DNA of 64,000 nt. Origin: Syntrophales bacterium. Its GTDB lineage: Bacteria > Desulfobacterota > Syntrophia > Syntrophales > UBA6807. The notes under the pieces are model-generated. The model was not told where the DNA came from. It did not search any database and saw only the letters and a program-made list of their open reading frames with translations. The stretch lies in contig JAXGPA010000001.1 in NCBI GenBank assembly GCA_040767195.1, forward strand, positions 448,001-512,000. The letters are read 5' to 3'. Below are positions 17,647 to 27,996 of this stretch, piece after piece; the first letter of the stretch is position 1; every line of letters starts with the position of its first letter. Made by a program: the position numbers and the translations under genes.

Positions 17647-20600
17647 TTACTTCACCCCCTTCTTCTCGACATTCACCATGAACGCCTTGCTCTCCGGGAT
17701 CATGGTGTTCGGGTCCCCGATAAACGGGGTCAGGAGATTGGCCGCGTCGCCAAAAGTGTAGACTTCGGGTTTCTTGTCTTCATGGGCGTATTTCCGCATG
17801 GCCGTTGTTATCCATCCGTAATGCCACGGAATACCGACCTGGTGAATGATCTGCCCGCCGATGTTGAACGGCTTGAAACGGGCCGTCACGATGGTCACCG
17901 CCTCGACTTCGCCTCTGGCCGATCTGACCGTGACCACTTCCCCGTTTTTCAACCCCTTCAACTTGGCCAGCTCCTCGCTCATTTCGACGAACATGGAGGG
18001 CTGCATCTCCGCCAGCCAGGGGCACCAGCGGGTCATGAGGCCCGTCTGCCAGTGTTCGCTCACCCGGTAGGTGGAGCAGACGAAGGGGAACCGGGGATCG
18101 CAGGTCGCCCTGAGATCGAGTTCCGACCCTTCTTCGTCCCATCGCTTGATGGTCGGGTTGATGAACTGCGGTGAAAGCAGGTTCTTGTCGATGGGGCATT
18201 CCAGGGGCTCGTAGTGTTCCGGGAACGGACCGTCTGCCAGACCTGGCCCGAAGATGCTCCCCACGCCGTCGGGTTTCATGATGAAGGGCGGACGTCCCGC
18301 ACCGGGGGCCGCTACGCCGTCGGGAACGTCGCCGACCCACTTGGAGCCGTCCCAGACGATGACGGGATGTTCCTTGTCCCAGGGCTCCCCCGTCTCGGGA
18401 TCAACGGACGCCCCGTTGTAGATGATCCGCCGGTTGACAGGCCAGCACCAGGCCCACTCGGGATAGAGGCCGATGGGCGAGTGGTCCTCGCTGTTTCTCC
18501 GGGCGGCCATGTTGCCCTTTTCGGTGTATGAATTGCAGTAGAGCCAGTTCCCCGAAGATGTCGTCCCGTCGTCCTGGAGGAAGGCGAAGCTGGGAACCAG
18601 GGTCCCCTTCTTGTACAGGACACCGTTGATTTCCTTGTCTTCGAGAAAATAGCCGTTGATGGCCTTGGCGATGGCATGGCTGTCGAGATGCCGGATTTTC
18701 CCGTCAGGCCCCATGGGACCGTAATTCCAGGTGAGTTTCGTGATCGCCTCTTTCAGCGGGCCGCCTTCCTTCTCGTAAAGCTCCTTGACCTTGAAGAAGA
18801 GCTCGCTGATGAGTTCCCCGTCGGGCAGGGCCTCTCCGGGGGGATCGACGGCCTTGTACCGCCACTGCATCCAGCGGCCGCTGTTGGTGATGCTCCCTTC
18901 CTTCTCGATGGAAGCGGCGCAGGGCAGCATGAAGACTTCCGTCTTTATCTTCGCCGGGTCCATGCCGGGACCTTTCCAGAAGGAGCCCGTCTCGTTATCG
19001 AAAATGTTGACGTTCACCATCCAGTCCAGCTTGGCCATGGCCTGTCGCGTCTTGTTGGAACTGGCGCCGCTGCAGGCGGGGTTCTGACCCCAGGCGAAAA
19101 AGCCGGTGAATTCGGACTTGTACATGGCGTCGAAAAGACTGAGCCAGGAATAGTTCTTGCCGTCGTCGAGCTTGGGCAGATAGACGTAGGCCTCCTCGGG
19201 GGTGGCGTTCATACCGTAGAATTCCCTGAGAAGGCTCGTGATGTACTTGGGATAATTTTTCCACCAGTTGAGGCTCTTGGGCTCCGACGTCGTCGGCGGA
19301 ACCTTCTCGATGTATTCCTTCAGGGTGGGGATCGACGCCGTCGGGTTCTTGAGGTAACCGGGCAGAATGTGGAAGAGAAGGCACTGGTCCGTCGACCCCT
19401 GGACGTTGGACTCGCCCCGGAGCGCGTTCACGCCGCCGCCGGCGACGCCCATGTTGGCCAGAAGCATCTGGATGATGGACATGGTCCGGATGTTCTGGAC
19501 GCCCACCGTGTGCTGGGTCCAGCCCATGGCGTACATGATGGTCCCCGCCTTGCCTTTTTCTCCCGTTTTGGCATAGGCCTTGTAGACCTCCACCAGTTTG
19601 TCCTTGGGAGTCCCCGTAATCTCGGAAACGATCTCCAGGCTGTACCGGTCGTAGTGCTTCTTCAGAAGCTGGAACACGCAGTTGGGGTCCTGGAGGGACA
19701 TGTCCTTGACGATGACGCCGTCGGCTCCCTTCTGGAAAGCCCAGGTGGACTTGTTGTATTTCGTCCCCTCGAGACCGGAGAAGACCCCGTCATTTTCCCC
19801 GGGAAGCTTGAAATCGGGACCCACGAGGAAAGGGGCGTTGGTGTAGTACTTGACATATTTTTCGTTGTAAAGATTGTTTTCGATGATGTACTTGATCATG
19901 CCGCCGAGGAAGGCGATGTCCGTCCCCGACCTGAGGGGGGCATACATGTGGGCCCTCGCGGAGGTCTGGGTGAACCGGGGATCGACACTGATCAGGGTCG
20001 CCCCCTTGTCCATGGCCTTCTGGACGTACTTGAAGGATATGGGATGGTTGGAAGCGGGATTGCTTCCCATGGCCAGGATACAGTCACTGAACTGAATGTC
20101 GATCCAGTGATTCGTCATCGCGCCGCGTCCGAACGACTCTGCCAGAGCCGCAACCGTGGCGCTGTGTCATATCCGGGCCTGATGCTCGATGTAGACAAGG
20201 CCAAGGGACCGGAGAAACTTCTGGTAGATGAAGCACTCCTCGTTGTCCATGGCGGCGCTGCCCACGGAGGCGATACCGTTGGTCCTATTCACCGTCTGGC
20301 CCTTGGCGTTCGTCTCCGTGAAGCTCTTGTCCCGGCTCGCCTTGATCCGCTTGGCGATCTCGTCGAGAGCCCACTCCATGGACACTTCCTGCCAATCGGT
20401 GGCATAAGGCGCCCGGTAGAGCGGCTTATCGAGCCTGTTCTTGTTGTTCGCGGAAATCTGATAGATGGACCCGCCCTTGCTGCACAGGGAGCCCCGGTTG
20501 ATGGGGTGGTCGGGATCCCCTTCCGTGTTGACGACCTTCCCGCCCCGCGCGGACACGATGATCCCGCATCCCACGGAACAATAGGGGCAGATCGTGGTGG

Positions 20601-20727
20601 TTTCCCTGGCGTACTGGATCTTGAGCGGCTGCGCGTGGGCCGCCACGGGCTTCAGGTTGATTCCGAGCCCACCCGACACCAGTGCAGCGCTCGAGACTTT
20701 GAGGAAACCTCTCCTCGTTACCTCCAT
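17647..20727 (-). CDS. fdnG: Selenocysteine-containing formate dehydrogenase alpha subunit (1026 aa, Tat-exported; U187 encoded by TGA at 20167-20169)
   Basis: The 186-aa and 823-aa ORFs share a frame and join through EHQARI-U-HSATVAALAESFGRGAMTNHW, the canonical FdnG/FdhA Sec site. Tat motif TRRGFLK; CPYCSVGC...LCSKG; ALRGESNVQGSTD. Confidence 0.96.
20130..20166 (-). promoter_or_regulatory. Probable SECIS element of the FDH alpha gene
   Basis: Sequence after UGA is CACAGCGCCACGGUUGCGGCUCUGGCAGAG, at the position where fdnG-type SECIS elements lie. The exact fold was not resolved by eye. Confidence 0.55.
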
Positions 20728-20770
20728 ATCGATGCGCTCCTTTCTCTGGATTTGAGACCCTTATGGCTAT

Positions 20771-20866
20771 CTCCTTTCCAAGCACGGGAGGCGCAACCGT
20801 TTCCGGCGGCACCCAATGTCCATCCCTCATGAAGCGGAAGCTCTTTAGAGAAGATGGATCGGAGAG
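20771..20866 (-). ncRNA. Moco RNA motif riboswitch, P3-less (tungsten-cofactor/Tuco-type) variant
   Basis: Minus strand reads CUCUCCGA-UCCAUCUUCUCUAAAG...CAUGAGGGAUGGA-CAUUG-GGUGCCGCCG-GAAA-CGGUUGCGCC-UCCCGUGCUUGGAAAGGAG. It has P2 with a CUAA/AUG tetraloop-receptor-like bulge, a GNRA-capped stem and the 3' GCCUCCCGU..UUGGAAAGGAG signature. It lies in the 5' UTR of a Mo/W-pterin enzyme. Confidence 0.85.
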
Positions 20867-20941
20867 GGCATCCTTGTGAATTTTTAATTACATGCAAAGA
20901 ACGGAAAAATTAAAGACGCAGGTGACCCTTTGAAGCATTTA

Positions 20942-20970
20942 CTCATAGCGGTTCCGTGTTTTTCTGTCAA
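20942..20970 (-). promoter_or_regulatory. Putative sigma70 promoter for the fdh operon
   Basis: TTGACA-17 nt-TATGAG upstream of the riboswitch. Confidence 0.5.
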
Positions 20971-21008
20971 GACTTTTTTCCCGATGACCGACTTTCCGGG
21001 GAGGCGGT

Positions 21009-21482
21009 TCACGGGGCCGTCCAGGCGGCTCCAAACACCCGGGACAGCGCCTCTTCCTCCGGTAACCCTCTGTCCCGCTCGGCCCAGTAGGCCTCAATCC
21101 GGTCGATGAGAACCAGGGCCTGCAGGGGGGTCATTTTTTCAAGCTTTTCCGACAGGAAGGGCACGTCGATCCCCTGGTCCCGGCCCAGTTTTTCGTATTT
21201 CTCCACATCCTCCAGGTCCCAGGCGAGAAAGGACGGCCATCGGTCGAACCGGTTCGGGTCGTACCGGGCGTTCCGAAGGGCGTCGCAAAGGAGAACCGTT
21301 TCGTCGGGGGAGAAAAGCCCCGCCAGGGACGGCCACACCCACCGGAGCGCAGCTTCGTAACGGGCGAGGTCCCGCAGCAACAGGGCCTGCTGCTTCCGTT
21401 CCTCTCCCCCACCTTCCATTCGCCTTCGCGCCCCCTCCTCCAGGGAAACAATCCCGGAACGGTCCTCTTTTTTTGCACCCAT
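21009..21482 (-). CDS. Hypothetical protein (157 aa)
   Basis: Good SD (GAGGAGG), co-oriented after the GT2 gene, helical-looking sequence; no function recognised. Confidence 0.7.
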   Translation of the reverse strand: MGAKKEDRSGIVSLEEGARRRMEGGGEERKQQALLLRDLARYEAALRWVWPSLAGLFSPDETVLLCDALRNARYDPNRFDRWPSFLAWDLEDVEKYEKLGRDQGIDVPFLSEKLEKMTPLQALVLIDRIEAYWAERDRGLPEEEALSRVFGAAWTAP

Positions 21483-21498
21483 GACAATCCTCCTCTTT

Positions 21499-22200
21499 TC
21501 AGCGAAAGATATTGTACTTCAGGATGCACCAGATCGCCCGGCACCCGTCTTTCCAGTTGATCTTCTTGCCCTCGGCATAGGTCCTGCCGTAGTAGGAGAT
21601 GGGAACCTCATAAATGCGCAAGTGTTTTTTGGCGGCGATCTTGGCGGTGATCTCGGGCTCGAACCCGAAGCGGTTCTCTTCGATGACGATCCCCTCCAGG
21701 GCTTCCCGCCGGAAGGCCTTGTAGCACGTTTCCATGTCCGTCAGGTTGATGTTGGTGAACATGTTGGAGAGAAGGGTGAGGAACCTGTTCCCCACGTAAT
21801 GCCAGAAATAGATGACCCGATGGGCGCCGTGCCCCCCGAATCGGGACCCGTAAACGACATCGGCCCGGTCCTCCAGAATGGGCTGAAGAAGCACGGCATA
21901 CTCCCGGGGGTCATACTCCAGGTCCGCGTCCTGAATGAGAACGACATCCCCCTTCGTCTCGCCGAACCCCGTCTGGAGCGCCGCGCCCTTCCCCCGGTTT
22001 TTCTCATGAAAGAGGACCCGTACCTGAGGATGATCGTATGCCTTCAGAAATGCCCGGGTTCCGTCCACGGATCCGTCATCGACGACCAGAAGTTCCTTTT
22101 CATAGGGCGCGGCCAGAACGGCTTCGAGCACTTTACCGATGGTGTCCGCCTCGTTATACGCGGGAATGACCACCGACAGCAGAAAATCCTTTTTTTTCAT
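21499..22200 (-). CDS. GT2 glycosyltransferase, polyprenol-phosphate glycosyltransferase (DPM1-like)
   Basis: LSVVIPAYNE, VDDGSVDGT, NRGKGAAL, QDADLEYDP, VVYGSRF, TDMETCYKAF and FGFEPEIT. The ORF track extends to 22236. Confidence 0.9.
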   Translation of the reverse strand: MKKKDFLLSVVIPAYNEADTIGKVLEAVLAAPYEKELLVVDDGSVDGTRAFLKAYDHPQVRVLFHEKNRGKGAALQTGFGETKGDVVLIQDADLEYDPREYAVLLQPILEDRADVVYGSRFGGHGAHRVIYFWHYVGNRFLTLLSNMFTNINLTDMETCYKAFRREALEGIVIEENRFGFEPEITAKIAAKKHLRIYEVPISYYGRTYAEGKKINWKDGCRAIWCILKYNIFR

Positions 22201-22507
22201 CATGTCCTCCGGCATTCCCTGATTCCCGCGCCCCATTCACACCCGTTCCGCTTCTTCCGCGGGGAAGCCTTTACCGCACCGGTGCCGGATCGTATAAGAA
22301 ACGGGAAAGATTATCCGGCTGGCGCGGGTAACCCGGGATTACAAACGATCATGGCCGTGTGAAACACGGGGAACCCTTAAACAATCTGTGAAGGCTGTCG
22401 CGAAACCAGATCAGGGAGTTGTTTTAACGTTGCTCACGTGACCGGTTCCGGTGATGAGACGGTTTTCACCCCGGTTCCCGGTGAATGCCGGGAGGCCTTT
22501 CCGCGTA

Positions 22508-23173
22508 CTATGACAGAATGACGGATTTACGCTTTTTCTGGTGCTGCCCGACAACGACGCCGATGAGGAGCCCGCACAGAAGAACGAGCGCCCCCGTCAG
22601 AAACCAGCGTGTCTGCCGGGAAGAAGCCAGTTCGTCGTGTTCCCGGAGAAGCGCCTCGTGCTCCCTTTCCAGCTGGTCCAGCCGGGCCTTCGCTTCCCGG
22701 TATGTTTTCTCGAGGGCCAGGTACCCCGTTGCCCCCTTTTTCAGGGCCTCGTATTCCTTCTGGAGACGATCCAGGTCCCCCCGGGTCTTCTCCAGGTCCT
22801 CCTTCAGGCTTTTTTCCCGGGCAAGGGCCGTCTGGTACTCCTTTTCCAGGCGGGGAACCTTTTCCTTGAGTTCGGCGTTGGTCCGGCTCAACTCCTTCAC
22901 CTGCACAGACCACGGAAGCCTGTTTCTCAGGAGGTGGCGGGTCAGGATCCACCCTTCCTGTCCCGTATTGACCCGAACACGGCTCCAGTCCTCCTGAAGT
23001 TGAAGGATCTCAACGGCCTGACCTGAATATGGCATGGCGATGATCTTGTATTCCACGCCCGGCCCAACCCGCAGGGTCACTTGCATGGCATCGGTTACGT
23101 AGGCGGTTTCGGCCCCTGCGGCGGATGCCGTGAAGAGAAGAAGGATGAGGATGAGAAGGACCTTTTTTTTCAT
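22508..23173 (-). CDS. SH3 type-3 domain membrane protein (YgiM/TIGR04211-like)
   Basis: Signal peptide, AYVTD..VTLRVGPG..Y SH3b domain, GQEGWIL, coiled coil and C-terminal TM WFLTGALVLLCGLLIG. Confidence 0.85.
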   Translation of the reverse strand: MKKKVLLILILLLFTASAAGAETAYVTDAMQVTLRVGPGVEYKIIAMPYSGQAVEILQLQEDWSRVRVNTGQEGWILTRHLLRNRLPWSVQVKELSRTNAELKEKVPRLEKEYQTALAREKSLKEDLEKTRGDLDRLQKEYEALKKGATGYLALEKTYREAKARLDQLEREHEALLREHDELASSRQTRWFLTGALVLLCGLLIGVVVGQHQKKRKSVILS

Positions 23174-23302
23174 GGAATCTCCTTTTTTTCGTCGTTCATC
23201 CGGTAAAGATGAGACCTCTGGAATCTGAAAACCGACCGTCGTTCAACGTCCGGGAAATCTCGAACCGCCATCCACCCGCCGCGGTCGACGGCTTTCGAGA
23301 TG

Positions 23303-25912
23303 TCACATGAAACGGAAAATCTGCGACCTGAGAGCTTCCAGGCCGGTCTTTTCGTCATTGAGGGTGAACACCGGGTTGTCTCCCCGGGCGCCCGAAATAT
23401 ACTCGGGGAGGACAACCTCCCCGTCGACAAGAAACCGCAAGGCGTTTTTGTAATTGGGAACGGAAAGGGCCTCGGTCTTTGAAATCTCCCCCTTCTTGTA
23501 CATCTTTGTTCCAAGTTTCTGCAAGGCTTTCAGGAAATCCTTTTCCCCTTTCTTCCGCCCCCGGAGGACCGTCGCGCCACGGAGGGCGATCCAGTATGAT
23601 TCGATGTAATTGTGGATGAGGCCGTAATACGGGACGAGGCCGAGCCTCCCTTTGCCCTTGACCTCGATCCAGGGGGCCTCCGGATCGTCGAGATGGCCTT
23701 CTATCATCCTGCTGTCATGAATGTAGGCTAAAACGTCGTTGACCTCATCGGCGTCGTCCACGGCGTCGTCAAATATGAACTCGTGGCGGAACATGCGCTT
23801 GAAAAAGCGGTAATCCTCCAGGATCTTCTGAAGCGAAACGCGGTCTTCCGTCGCGGACAGGATGGAGGCGGCGACAAAGGCCAGGGGAATGAAGAAGTGG
23901 AGGATGTTGTTCTTGTAATATTCGAGGTTCATCCTCTTGTCCTCGTCCACGGAATAAACCGTCTCGCTCAGCTCCTCCATCTCTTCCTCCTCCTCCGGTC
24001 CCATCCTGGAAATGAGCCCCAGGGACTCGAACCGGGCCAGGGCATCGATGACGGCTTTTTCCCGGTGGACGAAGGTGGAGGCGAATTTCGCCCCCCGACG
24101 GGTCAGGTAATCGTAAAATTCGGCGACCATGGACATGAAGTCCACGTGGGAAACACCCCGTCGGAAATGGGCCAGAAGCGCCGAGGCCGCCAGCGAAAAG
24201 GGGGTGACCACGGTCACCCGGTTGATCCGCGAGGCGATATCGTAGCTGATCTTCCGATAGAAGGCCCGGCGGTCCTCCGTGTCCATCCCTTCGAAGGGCC
24301 CCTCCTGGGAAGCCAGGTAATCCCTCAAAAAAATGGGCTCGGCGATGTTGAGATAGACGCTCCCGTAGCGCTTTCTCAGGATCTTCCGGCTCCGGAAAAG
24401 GCCTTTCGTGTTTTCCGCGACTTTTGACTCCCCGCCGATTTCCCTCAGGTAGGATTTTTCCTCGATGACCCGGTCATACCCGATGTATGCCGGTATGAGG
24501 GCCAGGTTTTCGCACGCCCCTTCCCGGTAGGCCTGAATAACCATGGAGATGAGGCCGTACTTGGGCATGACCATTTTACCCGTGCGGCTTCGCCCGCCCT
24601 CGATGAAGAATTCGATGGGATAACCTTCCTCCAGGAGAACTTTCAGATACCGTGAGAACACCTCGGGATAGAGGAGGTCCCCCTTGAAACTCCTGCGGAT
24701 GAAGAAAGCGCCCGACCTCCTGAAGATGTGACCCAGGGGCCAGAACATGAGGTTCGTTCCCGCGGCGATGAAGGGAAGCTGGATGTTGTTGTGATAGAAG
24801 ACATAGGAGAGAAAGAGGTAGTCGATGTGGCTCCGGTGGCAGGGAATGACCACGAAGGGCATTCTCTTCGACACGGCCCGCATCCGGGCGAGGCCCTCGC
24901 GATCGATGACCACCCCGTCGTAGATGTCGTGCCAGAGCCAGGTGAGGAACTTGTCCCAGAGGCCCGTGTAGACCTCGTTGTAATCGGAGGCGATCTCGTA
25001 GAGAAATTTCTTCGACTGCTGGACGAGGTCCTGGACGTCCCGCCCTTCGCTTTCCGCAAGGTCCCGGATAAAGGAGATAAACTCGGGTTCCCGGAGGATC
25101 TTGCCGATGAGCTCTTCCCTGGACTTGAGAACGGGACCCACGATGGAACGCTTTTCCTCGTTGATACCCTCGATGAGGCGCCTTCTCAGCAGATAGGAGG
25201 CGGTTTCGGCGGTACGGCTTCTGTTACTTTCCAGGAACGCCTGGAGATCGACGGGCTCCGAGGCGACCACGAAGGCCTTTTTCGAAAAGCGGAAAAAATT
25301 GACGGTCCGCCTGAGCGGTCCCGGGTTCTCCACGTCTCCGAAAAGGAGGTCCCACAGGGTCTTGTCCTTTTTCTCCCTCCGCCGCCCGTACGAAACCAGG
25401 ACGGGAACGATGAATATCGGGTGGGCCAGGTCCTTCTGCTTGTCCATGAGTTGGAGGAGGGGGTCCCGGACCCAGCGGCTGCCGAAAAACTCGGAACCCC
25501 GGAGATAAATGACGGCGCTTTCCTTCCCTTCCACGATTCTTCCCAGGTACCCCAGGCGATCGGGATTGTGAAAAGGGCGGGTTAAAAAAGAGCGGACGGC
25601 CTTGAGGAAGGGCTGCCAGAGCATCATGTTGACCCCGTGGCTGTAAACGGGAACGGGAAGTTCCGTCCGCTCCGTCAGGTTTTCAAGAATAAGCGTGTTG
25701 ATCTGGCTCCTGTTCTTGAGGCCGTAAATCACCGTCCCCTTCCGGGCGAGATCCCGGATTTCCGCCGCCGACTCGTCGGCGATCCGGACCCGGTCGAGGA
25801 TTCGCCTCAGCAGGAAAAAGAAAAGAGAGCGTGTTTTTTTCGGATAGAGGGTCCCGCTGTAGGATTCGCGGAACCGGTTTCCCAGAGCGTCAAAAAAGGA
25901 CCGCAAGCCCAT
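23303..25912 (-). CDS. plsB: Glycerol-3-phosphate 1-O-acyltransferase PlsB-like
   Basis: HRSHID catalytic motif, GAFFIRR, FFIEGGRSRTGK and IGYDRVIE. Confidence 0.88.
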   Translation of the reverse strand: MGLRSFFDALGNRFRESYSGTLYPKKTRSLFFFLLRRILDRVRIADESAAEIRDLARKGTVIYGLKNRSQINTLILENLTERTELPVPVYSHGVNMMLWQPFLKAVRSFLTRPFHNPDRLGYLGRIVEGKESAVIYLRGSEFFGSRWVRDPLLQLMDKQKDLAHPIFIVPVLVSYGRRREKKDKTLWDLLFGDVENPGPLRRTVNFFRFSKKAFVVASEPVDLQAFLESNRSRTAETASYLLRRRLIEGINEEKRSIVGPVLKSREELIGKILREPEFISFIRDLAESEGRDVQDLVQQSKKFLYEIASDYNEVYTGLWDKFLTWLWHDIYDGVVIDREGLARMRAVSKRMPFVVIPCHRSHIDYLFLSYVFYHNNIQLPFIAAGTNLMFWPLGHIFRRSGAFFIRRSFKGDLLYPEVFSRYLKVLLEEGYPIEFFIEGGRSRTGKMVMPKYGLISMVIQAYREGACENLALIPAYIGYDRVIEEKSYLREIGGESKVAENTKGLFRSRKILRKRYGSVYLNIAEPIFLRDYLASQEGPFEGMDTEDRRAFYRKISYDIASRINRVTVVTPFSLAASALLAHFRRGVSHVDFMSMVAEFYDYLTRRGAKFASTFVHREKAVIDALARFESLGLISRMGPEEEEEMEELSETVYSVDEDKRMNLEYYKNNILHFFIPLAFVAASILSATEDRVSLQKILEDYRFFKRMFRHEFIFDDAVDDADEVNDVLAYIHDSRMIEGHLDDPEAPWIEVKGKGRLGLVPYYGLIHNYIESYWIALRGATVLRGRKKGEKDFLKALQKLGTKMYKKGEISKTEALSVPNYKNALRFLVDGEVVLPEYISGARGDNPVFTLNDEKTGLEALRSQIFRFM

Positions 25913-25946
25913 GGTTCATCCCGGATTACAGGAAATGGAAAAATTT

Positions 25947-27716
25947 TTATATGCCGGCCTGGAACTCATCGGGAAAGCGGCGGACCAGGTATTCCCGCAC
26001 GAAGGCCTCGATCTCTTCCGCCACGACCATTTTCATGATGTCGTCCACGAGGCGCCGGCACTCGTCGAGACGAACGTTCCTCACGATGTGTTTCACCTTC
26101 GGGATCGCCAGGGGAGTCATGCTCAATTCGTGAAGGCCGAGCCCCAGAAGGACCATCGTGTAGACCGGGTCGCCGGCCATTTCACCGCACATGGCCACCC
26201 GGATACGCGCCTGGACCGCCGCCTGAACCACCTGGCTGATGAGCCGAAGGATGGCCGGGTGCAGCGGTTCGTAAAGATAGGTGACCCGGTCGTTCACCCG
26301 GTCGATGGCCAGGGAATACTGGATCAGGTCGTTCGTCCCGATACTGAAAAAATCAACCTCCCGGGCCAGGGCGTCGGCCATCATGACCGCCGACGGGACT
26401 TCGATCATGACACCGATCTCGAGATCCCGCCCGAAAGGCGTCCCTTCCCGGAGAAGGTCATCCTTCACTTCCTCGAGAATCCTCTTGGCTTCCCGGATCT
26501 CCTTCACCCCGGAAATCATCGGGAAAAGGATCCGGGTCTTTCCCAGGGCGCCGGCCCGCAGAATGGCCCGCAACTGGGACTTGAAGAGGTCCACCTCCTG
26601 GAGGCAGAACCGGATGGCTCGCAGGCCCATGGCGGGGTTCATCTCTTCGGCGAGACGGGGGTCGGAAATGAACTTGTCACCGCCCAGATCGAATGTCCGT
26701 ATGGTGGCCCATTGAATCCGGGAATTCTCCACGAGGCGCCTGTAGTTGGCGAAATGCTCCTCTTCCGTGGGAAGCCGGTCCCGGTTGATGTAGATGAACT
26801 CGGTCCGGTAAAGCCCGACACCGTCCGCCCCGTGGCTCAGGACCGACGGGATTTCCTCGATGAATTCGATGTTGGCTCCCACGAAAACTTCGTGACCGTC
26901 CCGGGTGACCGCCGGCAGGCCGGCGTTGAGCAGATACTGTTCGCTCATGGCCCGGTGATGCCGCTTCTTGTCTGTGTATCTCTTCCGGACCTCCGGATCG
27001 GGGTTCACGATGACGACGCCGGCGTCCCCGTCGATAATGAGCAGGTCGCCGCTTTGGACATTCGCCGTGATTTCCTGCAGCCCCACAACAGCGGGGATTT
27101 CCATGGACCGGGCGACGATGGCGGTGTGGGAGGTCTTGCCCCCCACGTCCGTGGCGAATCCGAGGACCTTATCGGGGCTCATCTGAACGGTGTCCGCGGG
27201 GGAGAGGTCCCGGGAGACGAGGATACACTCTTCTTCGAGATCGGCAATGGTTTCAGCGGTCTTCCCGGAAAGGTTCCGGAGGACCCGCTGGGCCACGTTC
27301 TCCACGTCGGAAATCCGCTCCCGAAGATACTCGTCATCCATTTTACTGAATATTTCCCGATATTTAAGAAGCGTCAACCGAAGAGCCCACTCGGCGTTGA
27401 TTCTTTTTTCCCGAATCGTGTTCGCCGTTTCCCTCCGAAAGGAGCGGTCTTTAAGGATCAGGGCGTGGATATCGATGAACCGGGCGTCGATCCCCTCGTG
27501 GCTCTTCAGTTTTTCCCGGATCAGGGCGAGCTCCCGTTCGGCCTTTTTCAGGGCCTCGCGGAAGCGCCTGATCTCGTCGGCCACCTGGGAGGCCTTTACC
27601 AGGCGATAGGAAGGAGCGGACATGTCCTGATAGTGGAGGACGTAAGCCCGGCCGCTGACGATGCCGGGAGAGACGCCGACCCCTTTGAAAACCGCTGTCG
27701 TCTTGGGTGAATGCAT
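25947..27716 (-). CDS. ptsI: PTS Enzyme I (phosphoenolpyruvate-protein phosphotransferase)
   Basis: GGKTSHTAIVARS phospho-His site, GVGLYRTEF, NPAMGLRAIR, FFSIGTNDLIQY and CGEMAGDP. Confidence 0.95.
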   Translation of the reverse strand: MHSPKTTAVFKGVGVSPGIVSGRAYVLHYQDMSAPSYRLVKASQVADEIRRFREALKKAERELALIREKLKSHEGIDARFIDIHALILKDRSFRRETANTIREKRINAEWALRLTLLKYREIFSKMDDEYLRERISDVENVAQRVLRNLSGKTAETIADLEEECILVSRDLSPADTVQMSPDKVLGFATDVGGKTSHTAIVARSMEIPAVVGLQEITANVQSGDLLIIDGDAGVVIVNPDPEVRKRYTDKKRHHRAMSEQYLLNAGLPAVTRDGHEVFVGANIEFIEEIPSVLSHGADGVGLYRTEFIYINRDRLPTEEEHFANYRRLVENSRIQWATIRTFDLGGDKFISDPRLAEEMNPAMGLRAIRFCLQEVDLFKSQLRAILRAGALGKTRILFPMISGVKEIREAKRILEEVKDDLLREGTPFGRDLEIGVMIEVPSAVMMADALAREVDFFSIGTNDLIQYSLAIDRVNDRVTYLYEPLHPAILRLISQVVQAAVQARIRVAMCGEMAGDPVYTMVLLGLGLHELSMTPLAIPKVKHIVRNVRLDECRRLVDDIMKMVVAEEIEAFVREYLVRRFPDEFQAGI

Positions 27717-27722
27717 GCCCGC

Positions 27723-27992
27723 CTATGGTTCCCCGAATTTGCTCTCGATGATTTCCGCAAGTTTGTCCATGGCTTCCCGGGCGTCGACGCCGTCGGTGTT
27801 CACCGTGATGACCCCTCCTTGAGGGCAGGCCAGCGTGAGAATCCCGAGAATGCTCTTTCCATTGACCCGGACGCCGTCCTTTTCCAGGAAGATTTTCGAC
27901 TTATACTGACTGGAGGCCGTCACGAGAAGGGCCGCCGCCCTGGCATGAAGTCCCAGTTTGTTTTTCAGGACGAAAGATCTCGATTCTTTCAT
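27723..27992 (-). CDS. ptsH: Phosphocarrier protein HPr
   Basis: NKLGLHARAA and NGKSILGILTL; 89 aa from ATG 27992. Confidence 0.93.
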   Translation of the reverse strand: MKESRSFVLKNKLGLHARAAALLVTASSQYKSKIFLEKDGVRVNGKSILGILTLACPQGGVITVNTDGVDAREAMDKLAEIIESKFGEP

Positions 27993-27996
27993 GCTC

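Noticed and set aside
20874..20891. Rex operator upstream of fdh (TTGTGAA)
   Set aside because: Only one half-site matches; the TTCACAA half is absent.
22350..22440. c-di-AMP or c-di-GMP riboswitch (GAAA hairpin followed by ACGGGGAACC)
   Set aside because: The remaining conserved segments are missing, and the match is on the strand opposite the neighbouring genes.
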